A stretch of 20,000 nt of DNA from the IMG/VR virus record IMGVR_UViG_3300042673_000188. One strand, written 5' to 3'. Within the stretch, counting starts at the first letter, position 1. Every line of letters starts with the position of its first letter. The translations under genes and the position numbers were made by a program. Positions 11,301 to 18,800 of the stretch are shown piece by piece. The stretch is from an uncultured virus (IMG/VR IMGVR_UViG_3300042673_000188). Lineage: Duplodnaviria > Heunggongvirae > Uroviricota > Caudoviricetes. A model generated the notes under the pieces. That model saw nothing but the letters and a program-made list of their open reading frames with translations, ran no database searches and had not been told where the DNA came from.

Positions 11301-14300
11301 TGGTGTACCTGTTGACTTTAAGTTTGATGGTAAACCTGTTGATAGAATTAAAGCTTGGAGTGAGTTAACGGAAAATCAAAAAGAGAAAGAGTCACCAAAG
11401 TATGTGGCAGTTAATCGCTACAAAAAAGCATTGTTGTCTCTTGTTGCAGCTAATACTGAAAAGCTATATAAAAGATTTGGTGTAATAGACGAAGAAGGCA
11501 ATAAAACCAATAATGCTAAAGGCATGGTTGAGTTTTTGAGAAATCAACTAGCTGTTCTCGGTTTACCAAGCCATATAATAAATGACATATCTTATGATCC
11601 AAAGACTGGTAAAATCAATAGTGATTTAAGTTTGAGCTTTGGTGCAGATGATATAGAAAAGCTTTTAATGAGCATGATTAATAAATCACTCATTAAACCT
11701 AAAATTAAAGGTGATCAGTTGGTACAAGTAAGTAACTCTGGATTTACCAGAAACTATGCAGAAAAGAAACTTAGATATGCTACTGAAGAAGAGAGACTCA
11801 AGTATCTAGGTACTGGTGACTTACCGTTTTATAACATAACAGAAGACGGTCACTTTACAAAAGCCGGAGCTAAAATGGGTATAAATGGTGACTTCAAGAA
11901 GTTACTTATGATGGAAGAGACTACCCAGAGAGTAGCTGAAAGTGAAGCACCTATTACAAGATTGCAAGCTCTTAATCAATTAATTAGAGAAGAGTCATGG
12001 TTAGCCAAGTATGAGGATCTTATTACTATAGTTACTGTACGTATCCCTACAGCTAAAGAAAACTTTATTGAGTACTTACAGGTATATGAATTCCTTGATG
12101 AAAATGCGGGACCTATTATAGTTCTTCCTATGGAAGTTGTAGGTAAATCAGGTACTGACTTTGATACAGATAAGCAGGTTAGTTACTTCCCTAACATTTC
12201 ATTCCAAAGAGAGTTTGATAAAAACTATATTGAGGAAATGAAAACTCTTTCGCCTGACCTCAAACTGGATATCAAGTACCTTAATAAAATACTTGATTTG
12301 GTTGAGGAAGATGGTATTGCCTCACTTAAACCAAAGCAGAAACAAGTATACGCTGTAGCTAAAGCCGCACTTACTGAAAAGGTGTATATGGCTGATAAAG
12401 GAATGAGAGGAGTAGAGAATGAATTCTTAAACTCTGTTAAAGGTTTACTTGACCTGATGTCTTATTCTGACTTTGTCAGACCTGTTACAACTCAAACGGC
12501 ATTACCAATTGCTAAGAAATATGAGCAATACGTTATGACCTATAATCATAAGTTGCGTGCAGATGGTACTATTGGTAAGACTACTAGCCCTACTCGTATC
12601 TTTGAAATCTTACATAACATTAAAAAGTTAAGTGAGAATAGTGTAGGTTTTCAATCTTTGGGTATTGGTGCTGTAAGTATTACAGGGGATGCTATGATGA
12701 ACCAAGCTAACCTCTACCTAAATAGAGAGTACAAGACTGAAGGTAAGTCATCACAAAAGCGCATGTTTACTATTGAGTTTGACCACAACTACTTGATACT
12801 AGATGGTGTTCCTGTAGTATCATTAGCAGCATTACGTGGTAAAAACAACTACAAGAAGATTGTAAACCAACTTGAAGAATTGCTTAATGGTTGGGTAGAC
12901 GTTGAGAAAGATGCATGGATCTTTTATTTAAATGGTGTTAAGACTGTGGCGCCGGTTATGATTGCAATGCTTCAAGCAGGTGTTGCTCTTGAAGATGTAG
13001 CAGCCTTTGTTAATCAGCCTATTATACGTGAGTATGTAAGACGCATGTCTATACTTAAGAGTCCGTTTGCATTCCTTAGCAACATTGCACCTGAGAATGC
13101 TAACTTCTTCCGTGTAAAGTCTCGTAAAGACATGTTGATTTCTGAGAATGCAAAAAATACACTTGACTATCCTATAGATCTACTTAAAGCTTTAGAATTA
13201 GAACCATTAAGTATTGATCCTAAAACCGGAACAAAAGAGAGTTCTGGTAAGTATAGCTTAGGAAACTTGACCTATACTTTTGGTCGTGAGCTTATAGATA
13301 ACTACAATACAGAGAGTCTATTTAACAAGGATACCCTGAATAAAAAAATCTTAAATAAGAGCACTGAATATGGACCAGAGGACTATGCTGTATTATTCCA
13401 TTTTTTTGAGATGGAGGACGTTGGTAAAGCACTAGCAGAACTTAAAAGAAATACAAACTTTGACGTTAAGAAAGAGTCTAGACTATTTGCTACTATGCAG
13501 AAAGATTTGTTGGCTAAAGGTATGCTTGAAGATGCAAGATTTAATCCTGAAGGTCTTGACCACATGATTAATAACTCTGTTATATCATCATTCCGTATTG
13601 CAGATGTTGCTAAAGACTTAATAGGTGGTTTATTTGGAGTAAGAGAAGATAAAGATTTCAATGACATACTTATAGCTGAGTGGTCCTCAATCAAAAGCAT
13701 TGATAAGAACACTTATGATGACATGGAAGTTACCCTCAATGAACTTAAAAATCAATATATTCAGTTCTTATTGCAGAACTATTTAAATGATGTAGACATT
13801 GATACTATAAAAGAATTCAAAGGTCTTGCGGTAAATAATAAATTACCTGTAGCTGAGGCAGCTGGTCTTAAATCATTTGGTGCCTATGTATTAAATGGTA
13901 TTCTTTATGTATCAAAGGAGTCTATAAAGAATAACTATGCAACTCTTGTAGCTAACCATCAAGACATAAGTAATGAGCAGGTACGTACCGCTAAAATAGA
14001 TACTGATCTTTTCTCTACTGAGAAGGAGTATCAAAACTTTATTCTGAACAGAGAGATATTAAGATCAATCACAGATGTTGATCAATTAATTACTACTCCT
14101 GAATTTAAAACTAGACTTATTCAGAAGAAAAAAGAGTTGCGTGCTCAGAACTCACTTACATTAAATGCTCCACTTGAGGTTAAGCAATTAATCACAGACG
14201 GTAGTGCTGGTATAGGTAGGCTTACAATGGACCTTGCGGATAGATTTGGTTATCAACTTGATGGTTATACAGGAACCGGTGAAAATCTAAATGATCTTGC

Positions 14301-15864
14301 TGGATTTAACATTAAGGGAACCGATCCTAAAAATGTATTACGTTTAAACATTGAGCTTGCTGATGCATGTGTTATATATGGTGTGGCTGATGCTACTAAG
14401 ACTAAGAGAGCAATTGAGATAATTAACTCAAGAAAAATACCTTACTTGCTTAACCCTAGTGCTCAGCAACTAAGAACTTTCTTATCACAAGGAGCTCATA
14501 AAAAAGTTAATATAATAAGTGCAGCAGCTGCTACAGCTAATGAACTAGAGCAACTAAACAAAGTTTTAGGTCCAGCACTTATTCCTGCAGAAAAAGAAGG
14601 CGCCGCAGCTATGCGTGAGGTCTATGAAGAAATTTTAAGAGATAGGACTTTAGATCAAGTATTTAATATTTATAAGTTATTTAGAGGTATTCCTAATGGG
14701 GAGGCTAGCTATGCTATGCAATTTGAAGCACTTAAGTTAAAGTACCCTACCCTTCAGGAAATGTACCCATTGGTAGATCTGCTAAGAGCATCTGCAATCG
14801 GTAAAGGTTTATTTTCAGGAGCTAATGTTCTTATCTTAAAGACCCGTAGACCTTCAAAGCCACTTAAAGAAAAGCTTTATCAGAACTTCAAAGAGTTATC
14901 TAATCCTACAAGTATAAGATTAAACATTCCTTACCAAGAGAAAGAAGCTATTGCTAAATTCTTTAGCCGTCTACCGACAGTTGTTTTACTTGCAACTGGT
15001 ATTTCTGGTAAAGGTGAGAATGCATTATGGCAATTTGTAGACAAAGGAAACTTAAATCCTGTGTTAGAAGAAGCTGTTCAGGCTGCTAGTGGTAAGACTA
15101 AGAAAAATATTATACGAGAATATATAACTAGGTTCCAACAGGCTAACAGTAAATCTAGCTTTAAGTCTCGCCGTCAATTTAGATCTTACATGGTAGATGG
15201 TACCTTCAACAAAATGGGTGCACAGACTAACTCTAAAGCAACGGGTATAAAAGAAAGTGCCGTTACCTTCTCTGCTGGAAACAAGTATAGTATCAATAAC
15301 TTAGTTAGTGCCGATATTAAGAAAGTATTTGCTAGCCAGGAAGAAGGAAACATATTCCTATACAACGGTACTACAAACCCAGCGTGGAGTTTGTCTACCT
15401 TTAATAATGTTGTGGGTATCCTGAATGATGTAGGTACTGATAACTTGATACCAATGAGAACTTATAATATGGTATACAATAATGATGCGTCTTTCACAGA
15501 TGCAAGCTATGATACCAATGTTATGATGATCAATGAGGACATAGCCCGTATTAAAAATAAGATCCAGGAGTTAGTTGACAAAGGTGTTAGAAGAGAATCT
15601 ATTAGAATCTTTACTCCTAAAACTGGACTAGGTCAAGGTATGATTGGAGCAAGTGATTTCACAGGTGGAGCCATGAATAAAATTAAGGCTAAGGGCACTA
15701 AAACTTTCTTATATTTGTCTGAAGCTCTAGCTCAACTTGGAGTTGTAAATACAAACTCTGACACTGTACTAAAGACTGATAAACCAGATGTTACACCAGC
15801 TCTTAACATAACAGATGATATGGTGCTTGATATTATAGAACAAAGAACGTGCTTTAAATCTTAA
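5326..15864 (+). CDS. Giant virion-packaged DNA-dependent RNA polymerase (crAss-like / phi14:2 gp66-type two-barrel RNAP) polyprotein with N-terminal zincin
   Basis: 3512-aa ORF. It has the metal-binding motif SGTDFDTDK (DFDTD at 12157-12171, about residue 2278), preceded by VRIPT (RIPT at 12040-12051), with EGDGQGW (DGQGW at 10756-10770) upstream, in the order seen in crAss-like RNAPs. It also has a zincin HEAYH (7486-7500) followed by DEYLAEEF (from 7639). Confidence 0.88.
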   Translation: MSCPIQKPEDFFKKVQADLLIVKEAGQPFNLRNYIGQVYDEVSNEIKEDPSLEGKAADIVKNLPKTVAMAAGSSVPLFGYLAANGLDFIELAKLTETFGSITPQAGETMGEAVSRVLSDVVLQSKPKPDVAAINAAVEQVVTFQEVGLTNDYVALIKAAVTYEAKPFTVLSTMMNSEMTYTDPTTNKPAEKEDINKRFYTGFISHIASSIPYANTVDGKVYLPGTSIPIYLTTKWLGALPADSIYERFGSPEYQENFDKVQVITNSLGEPLFFDAKYNVTSEQKGKAIYYRFRKRQTKYKGELRQTYQSIEEATKSHLKRYIYNKELQGQTVTDEEISAEEILFKDRYASETALAEKINDYVNQNHKEHFIVNEITGVSEGFIDTKIQKVTPIRDINLDGQPFIVRTVEVRQVNRIANAELVLRNNRTVDLFNYGVPAKYVDLIARTLVEDTYYQNDPESETIKTLDKQKLIKNFIYTMPNEFTVTKVEDDQYNVTLGTTGRQTLTKEQTIAAIKNYLTTPLRNNKKVILNIDKKKLVDPTQFFDYTLQDDGSGRYAIVPTNLDYSEWIKDNFSVQAGLDAEGKIRGKNPYITFSIKADQNIKIGEQPAVETSNIDFGAIPDFFSPADDSIEDEDDLFNQIKRKGLEKAFAQKVLNKNEFASEEEFKEQVELVEEWYNQTGLNKHFKINVLFNVVNSKAVATWTRNAINLYAGSDKIDIFHEAYHGFTQKFLTRNQRNSLYKELAVNKATEKFTTYKGQTKTFGEATERELDEYLAEEFRAYMISNGKVEIERRAARSIFKKIFDFIQKLFRRGATYKDVLTYDTSLPLINEIFQKLALGDISKYTADNANVSSEILEKSIISATGDAVLNDSETDMVMLSANSVISSLIDKLNADSNTSAYTQKLLIDSKKETYKFIKNAFTKRLNAIANEYKAIKDLNLDASNPRYDEYQMKLATLEHQIYILKTTVDNFGDVDNMSETYGFVKHYEDNGSFLAYQKMLDQEDDLDETVFVAEKNKTYDLTGNENTIYEQAHARTIYLVESLLQPKYNSKTQKYEDPKVNTKTGETEYEYEKDYLGFPKLVDFDYVWNKLSQVLDNLDPSESVFRSQLASQAGDFPFLFQLLKKLGDPETRNPWVSKMWASFVTDFNYIRTPIEALTIELIGTKEEETKKETFTSGGATFGVASSSSKAAARDWDDYFQQVKNHPYIKETIGAPNQLDVQAVLDEFQNNYLGREIEFFHALGINIINKPQVRERLQSNGRFNTGRVKDFLNNLEFLIENNVKFVSSIDAVVNPKQKDGKSLATIYSNIQGLHLKYTEDRSDFMALRPDGNAQSEFMRNSTLTVKIRGLNSFDTYGETIAQPHLSEFDYRRNPWVKRLVLMNDLFNFNSIEGERKRASAFVDTKARLDITLLGGTAVIKDGIGEGLANIDLDDYSKLQQDFITVILKGVSEGTRSAGKPTSVILKSNTRKFYVSPAEFISNSAVKGRGLDKVVNIFVGYAAAELDRINWLKENPNSPEALANDGKNTFYDRGTVFTLFDDIFTDATKDKLYGLSGESLDALMADIAFRESEEGGDIADNVIKDIRSYLIRQYSNTQNALIGDIAKLYPNENPFIDPNVINTVRNEALSNGIRSEVSDQDAYQAALLAYVTNSLIHNIETTVIIHGDAAQFNNASDEFHKRNAPAQSSGKFPILSKERLDYLNDFLSKPYVDSPWFADYTYNGVKYVGVEPTFIKPFSQQATFAVFKEAKIKSIYYDMILNSILGDDMAALEALDMYKDASEEEQAVLREQLTAEITEMVDEAYGNMKEGDGQGWAAFDFYRGLCDQLDQWSPEQEALYKKILKKEYITESRSDLLQIFPILKMQYDGPLSGTGLPLNALLKFEIFPLIPNVIEGTELNVLHNKMVEQNMDIATYESGSKLMHFTNNGKTDLFYSDIENRELALVDENYRFTPNTLFLQYFKKQAEISDKYKGKTNLATQMRKAIINNMDEYGVPVDFKFDGKPVDRIKAWSELTENQKEKESPKYVAVNRYKKALLSLVAANTEKLYKRFGVIDEEGNKTNNAKGMVEFLRNQLAVLGLPSHIINDISYDPKTGKINSDLSLSFGADDIEKLLMSMINKSLIKPKIKGDQLVQVSNSGFTRNYAEKKLRYATEEERLKYLGTGDLPFYNITEDGHFTKAGAKMGINGDFKKLLMMEETTQRVAESEAPITRLQALNQLIREESWLAKYEDLITIVTVRIPTAKENFIEYLQVYEFLDENAGPIIVLPMEVVGKSGTDFDTDKQVSYFPNISFQREFDKNYIEEMKTLSPDLKLDIKYLNKILDLVEEDGIASLKPKQKQVYAVAKAALTEKVYMADKGMRGVENEFLNSVKGLLDLMSYSDFVRPVTTQTALPIAKKYEQYVMTYNHKLRADGTIGKTTSPTRIFEILHNIKKLSENSVGFQSLGIGAVSITGDAMMNQANLYLNREYKTEGKSSQKRMFTIEFDHNYLILDGVPVVSLAALRGKNNYKKIVNQLEELLNGWVDVEKDAWIFYLNGVKTVAPVMIAMLQAGVALEDVAAFVNQPIIREYVRRMSILKSPFAFLSNIAPENANFFRVKSRKDMLISENAKNTLDYPIDLLKALELEPLSIDPKTGTKESSGKYSLGNLTYTFGRELIDNYNTESLFNKDTLNKKILNKSTEYGPEDYAVLFHFFEMEDVGKALAELKRNTNFDVKKESRLFATMQKDLLAKGMLEDARFNPEGLDHMINNSVISSFRIADVAKDLIGGLFGVREDKDFNDILIAEWSSIKSIDKNTYDDMEVTLNELKNQYIQFLLQNYLNDVDIDTIKEFKGLAVNNKLPVAEAAGLKSFGAYVLNGILYVSKESIKNNYATLVANHQDISNEQVRTAKIDTDLFSTEKEYQNFILNREILRSITDVDQLITTPEFKTRLIQKKKELRAQNSLTLNAPLEVKQLITDGSAGIGRLTMDLADRFGYQLDGYTGTGENLNDLAGFNIKGTDPKNVLRLNIELADACVIYGVADATKTKRAIEIINSRKIPYLLNPSAQQLRTFLSQGAHKKVNIISAAAATANELEQLNKVLGPALIPAEKEGAAAMREVYEEILRDRTLDQVFNIYKLFRGIPNGEASYAMQFEALKLKYPTLQEMYPLVDLLRASAIGKGLFSGANVLILKTRRPSKPLKEKLYQNFKELSNPTSIRLNIPYQEKEAIAKFFSRLPTVVLLATGISGKGENALWQFVDKGNLNPVLEEAVQAASGKTKKNIIREYITRFQQANSKSSFKSRRQFRSYMVDGTFNKMGAQTNSKATGIKESAVTFSAGNKYSINNLVSADIKKVFASQEEGNIFLYNGTTNPAWSLSTFNNVVGILNDVGTDNLIPMRTYNMVYNNDASFTDASYDTNVMMINEDIARIKNKIQELVDKGVRRESIRIFTPKTGLGQGMIGASDFTGGAMNKIKAKGTKTFLYLSEALAQLGVVNTNSDTVLKTDKPDVTPALNITDDMVLDIIEQRTCFKS
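7330..7770 (+). other. Zincin-like metallopeptidase domain in the RNAP polyprotein
   Basis: ATWTRNAINLY strands, then IFHEAYHGF, the third-ligand helix DEYLAEEFRAY, and an amphipathic helix SIFKKIFDFIQKLF. Confidence 0.8.
10200..12700 (+). other. RNAP catalytic core (double-psi beta-barrel pair), approximate bounds
   Basis: Contains KRN, DGQG, RIPT and DFDTD motifs in the order expected for two-barrel polymerases. Boundaries are estimates. Confidence 0.75.
14179..14530 (+). other. Degenerate SLOG-superfamily (cpYpsA / 'MoCo carrier'-like) domain in the RNAP C-terminal region
   Basis: VKQLITDGSAGIGRLTMDLADRFGYQLDGY...RLNIELADACVIYG...KIPYLLNP..QLRTFL...KKVNII tracks the family pattern KIISGGQTGVDRAALD.A...G...GG...NV..SDGT.IF...KP.L.NP...L..WL...TLNVAG. 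Key residues are substituted. Confidence 0.6.
15300..15750 (+). other. Possible degenerate macrodomain-like fold at the RNAP C-terminus
   Basis: NIFLYNG...LIPMRT...FTDASYDTNVMMINEDIARI...IFTPKTGLGQGM (GLGQG at 15625-15639)...KTFLYLSEALAQLG resembles phage macro-like domains with a P..GLGTG loop. Recognised by eye. Confidence 0.45.
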
Positions 15865-15869
15865 TAAAT

Positions 15870-18800
15870 ATGTATTGCGGAGTAGATACTAGCAGCCCGG
15901 AATGGGCAAAATTAAAGTCTGAAACTGAAGGTGTAGGTTTATTTGAAGCAGTAAAAGATGCTGTCTTTAGATCAGGAGGTGTAGTACGCCCAGTAGAAGA
16001 TGTTGTTAGATCTATTATGAAAGAGGATCTTTCTAAAGTTCTTCAATACCAAAGCCGCTTTCCTGAGATTGCGTCTGAGTTTATTACTCCAGTTAGGACG
16101 GTGTCAATGTTCCAAGGTTTTAATGAGCTTGACAACCGCAGTGTAAATTACTTTACAATGGATGCGGCTGAGGCGCAGGATTATGGAAGTAATGTTAGAA
16201 GAGTTACAATTGACTTAGCAGGTACGCTTGCCGGTGATACTAAAATATACCGTCAGATGACAACTGAGTTCCAAAACCAAACTGGCATTCAGTATGATCT
16301 TTTTGATGATGGCGTTGAGGGATTACAGAACCAAGCTAAGTTCTATGACTTCCTTAGGGATAAAGGATACAAGGGTATAGACTATACTATGTTTTCTGAT
16401 AGTCCGTATGTAGTTTTGTTTAGTACAGACAATATATTAAGTGAGGGAGTAACCCGTGATGCAAGTGGTGTTATGGTTAATGAGCTAGATCTATACATAC
16501 AGTATGAGAACTTCAAAGCTAATGAGTCAAGTCTACAGAATACAGCAGCAGAGTTTATAACTAATAAACCTAACCAACAAGTAAGAGCTCTTATCGGTAC
16601 CCTTATAGATAACCTTGGCAATACTGCTGAGGCTAACTTTATTACCGTGGAAGAGGCTAAACAGATTCACAGAGACCTTAATCAACCTTACAATAACCAG
16701 CCCGCATTCTTTTGGAATGGTGCTGCATACTTTGTTAGTGACAATGTTACACCACAAATGGCATTTCACGAGTTCTCTCACCCGTTTGTAAAAGCATTGC
16801 GCGTAAAGAACCCTAAGTTATATAACACATTAATTGACGACTTGCTTTCTTCACAAGAAGGGCAACTTATATACAATGAAGTTCTAGCAAGTAAGCCTAA
16901 TGAGTCTGAGGATTCTCCTAAGGTTTATGATGAGGTTATAGTAAAAGCTATGACTGAAGCATTTCAGAATAGAACAGAGGGTAACACAGAGACGCCGCAG
17001 TTTAAGACAGCAATTGGTAATATACTATACCGCATTAGACAGTTCTTACGTAAGCTGTTTAGCAAAGGTGATACTAAAGTAAGATTGGATAAGCTTGGTT
17101 TAGATACCACTATTAACGAGTTAGCAGAGATGCTCTTGAATAAAAAGATTGCTGACATTACAGCAGAAGATATTACAGAGCAAGATGTTATTGACTACAT
17201 GGAAAACCGCAATGATGTTGTGGAAGACTTACTTAAATTAAATAGCAATACCATTGCCAAACAAGTAACCTTTACATATAATTCGGCGGCGGATTACTTA
17301 CAAAAATTAAAGGACAACGGTTATACAAAAGAGATTGCTAACCTACTTAAAGATAGATTCAGTAATAATGAGCTTAGAGAAATTCAGAATAACCTATACG
17401 CTCAGTCGGATAAAATCTATCGAGAAGCAGAAACAGTAGAAGCAGAAATGCGTCAGGCTGCAGTAAGAGCTGAGGTATTTGCTACTAACTTATACAAGCT
17501 TCAGAATATTGTAACAAGGATCAATGAGGATGCTAGAAACAAAGCAGCAGATGCTGTTACACCTGAGAAGTCTGTAGAGGCAATGTATGCTCTTACATTC
17601 TACAAAGGTTTTGCAAACTACTGGACTGGTTATATACGAGTAATTAAAGAGGAGTTAGACAACCCGCAGATTGCCGGGGCGTATATTAAAACTAATTCAC
17701 CACTATACTCACTTATATCAAACATCCAAGATGAAGTTGATCAGCTGAATAAGACAATTAACCGTGTAGATAGAGCAGCTATTGGACCTGTGTTGTATGA
17801 GCAACTTATGCCTATGGCTGCCGAGATTGATGAGAAGTATACTAATATCATTGATATTCTCCAAAAGAGAATTGATGCTTCTGACGGTAAGAAAAAAGAT
17901 GGTTACATCAGACAGCAAGAAGATTGGAAAGCAAAGTATGAAGCTATCCGTTTAACACCAGAGAAGTTTGAAATGATCTTATCAGGTAAACTAGGAGACG
18001 GTAGCCAAGCAAATAGTTTCTTAGAGAGTTACCTTCACAACCAAGACCCGGTTGTGTCAAGTATTGCAATGTTTGTTAAAAATAGATTGACAGATGTAGA
18101 CTTGCGTACTGCAAAGTTCCAAGATAAATTCAATAAGATAATAGGACCTAAGCTCCGTGAAAATGGACTAGACAAATCATTAAATCCTGCGGCGTATGGA
18201 GAAGCTGTTACATTTTTAGATGAGTCTTATGAGAATGATAAAAACGGTAACTTAGTTAAGTTTCCTGTATGGACTATACTTTCTCCACATAAAAATTATA
18301 GATACTTCAGAGCACTTCAAGATAAAAATATTAAAGAGCTTGCTGACATTGCTGAAAAAAGCGGTACACAGGCAGACAAGGATAACCTTAGACAAGCTAA
18401 AGCTGATAAATTTAACTATGAGCTTAAGTATTTCTACATGGATTTTGATGTTCGAGTATATGCTCCAGACATCAAAATAGATAGTACACCTGAAGGACGT
18501 GAAGCAAGAGAGGAGTATAGTAAGAAGTGGCAAGAGATTAACTCTTTAGATAAGTCATTCTACAATGATCCTAATGCATATACGGAAGTTCTCACTAGAA
18601 AGAAACAAATATTAAGAGAGATATCAGAGTTAACATCAGATAAATATATCAATGGTGATCCTAAGGTAGATACAGATACTAACAAACCTCTTACTAAAGC
18701 TAAGTTGCTTAGAGAGTGGATGAATGAGAAGAGGCAGTATAAAATTAAAGTAAAGAATGAGGGAGCCTTCCAAACTGCTATTACTGACTATATGCAGAGA

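Noticed and set aside
18435..18452. MDFDVR in ORF4 (and VDFDYV near 8572 in the RNAP) as additional polymerase motifs
   Set aside because: Both lack the third Asp and the upstream RxP context.
731..18533. Short minus-strand ORFs (60-109 aa) and two short alternate-frame plus ORFs (3354-3542, 10757-10957) in the track
   Set aside because: All lie within or across long, motif-bearing plus-strand genes. They have the Ser/Leu/Ile/Phe-rich composition of antisense shadows and no recognisable motifs.
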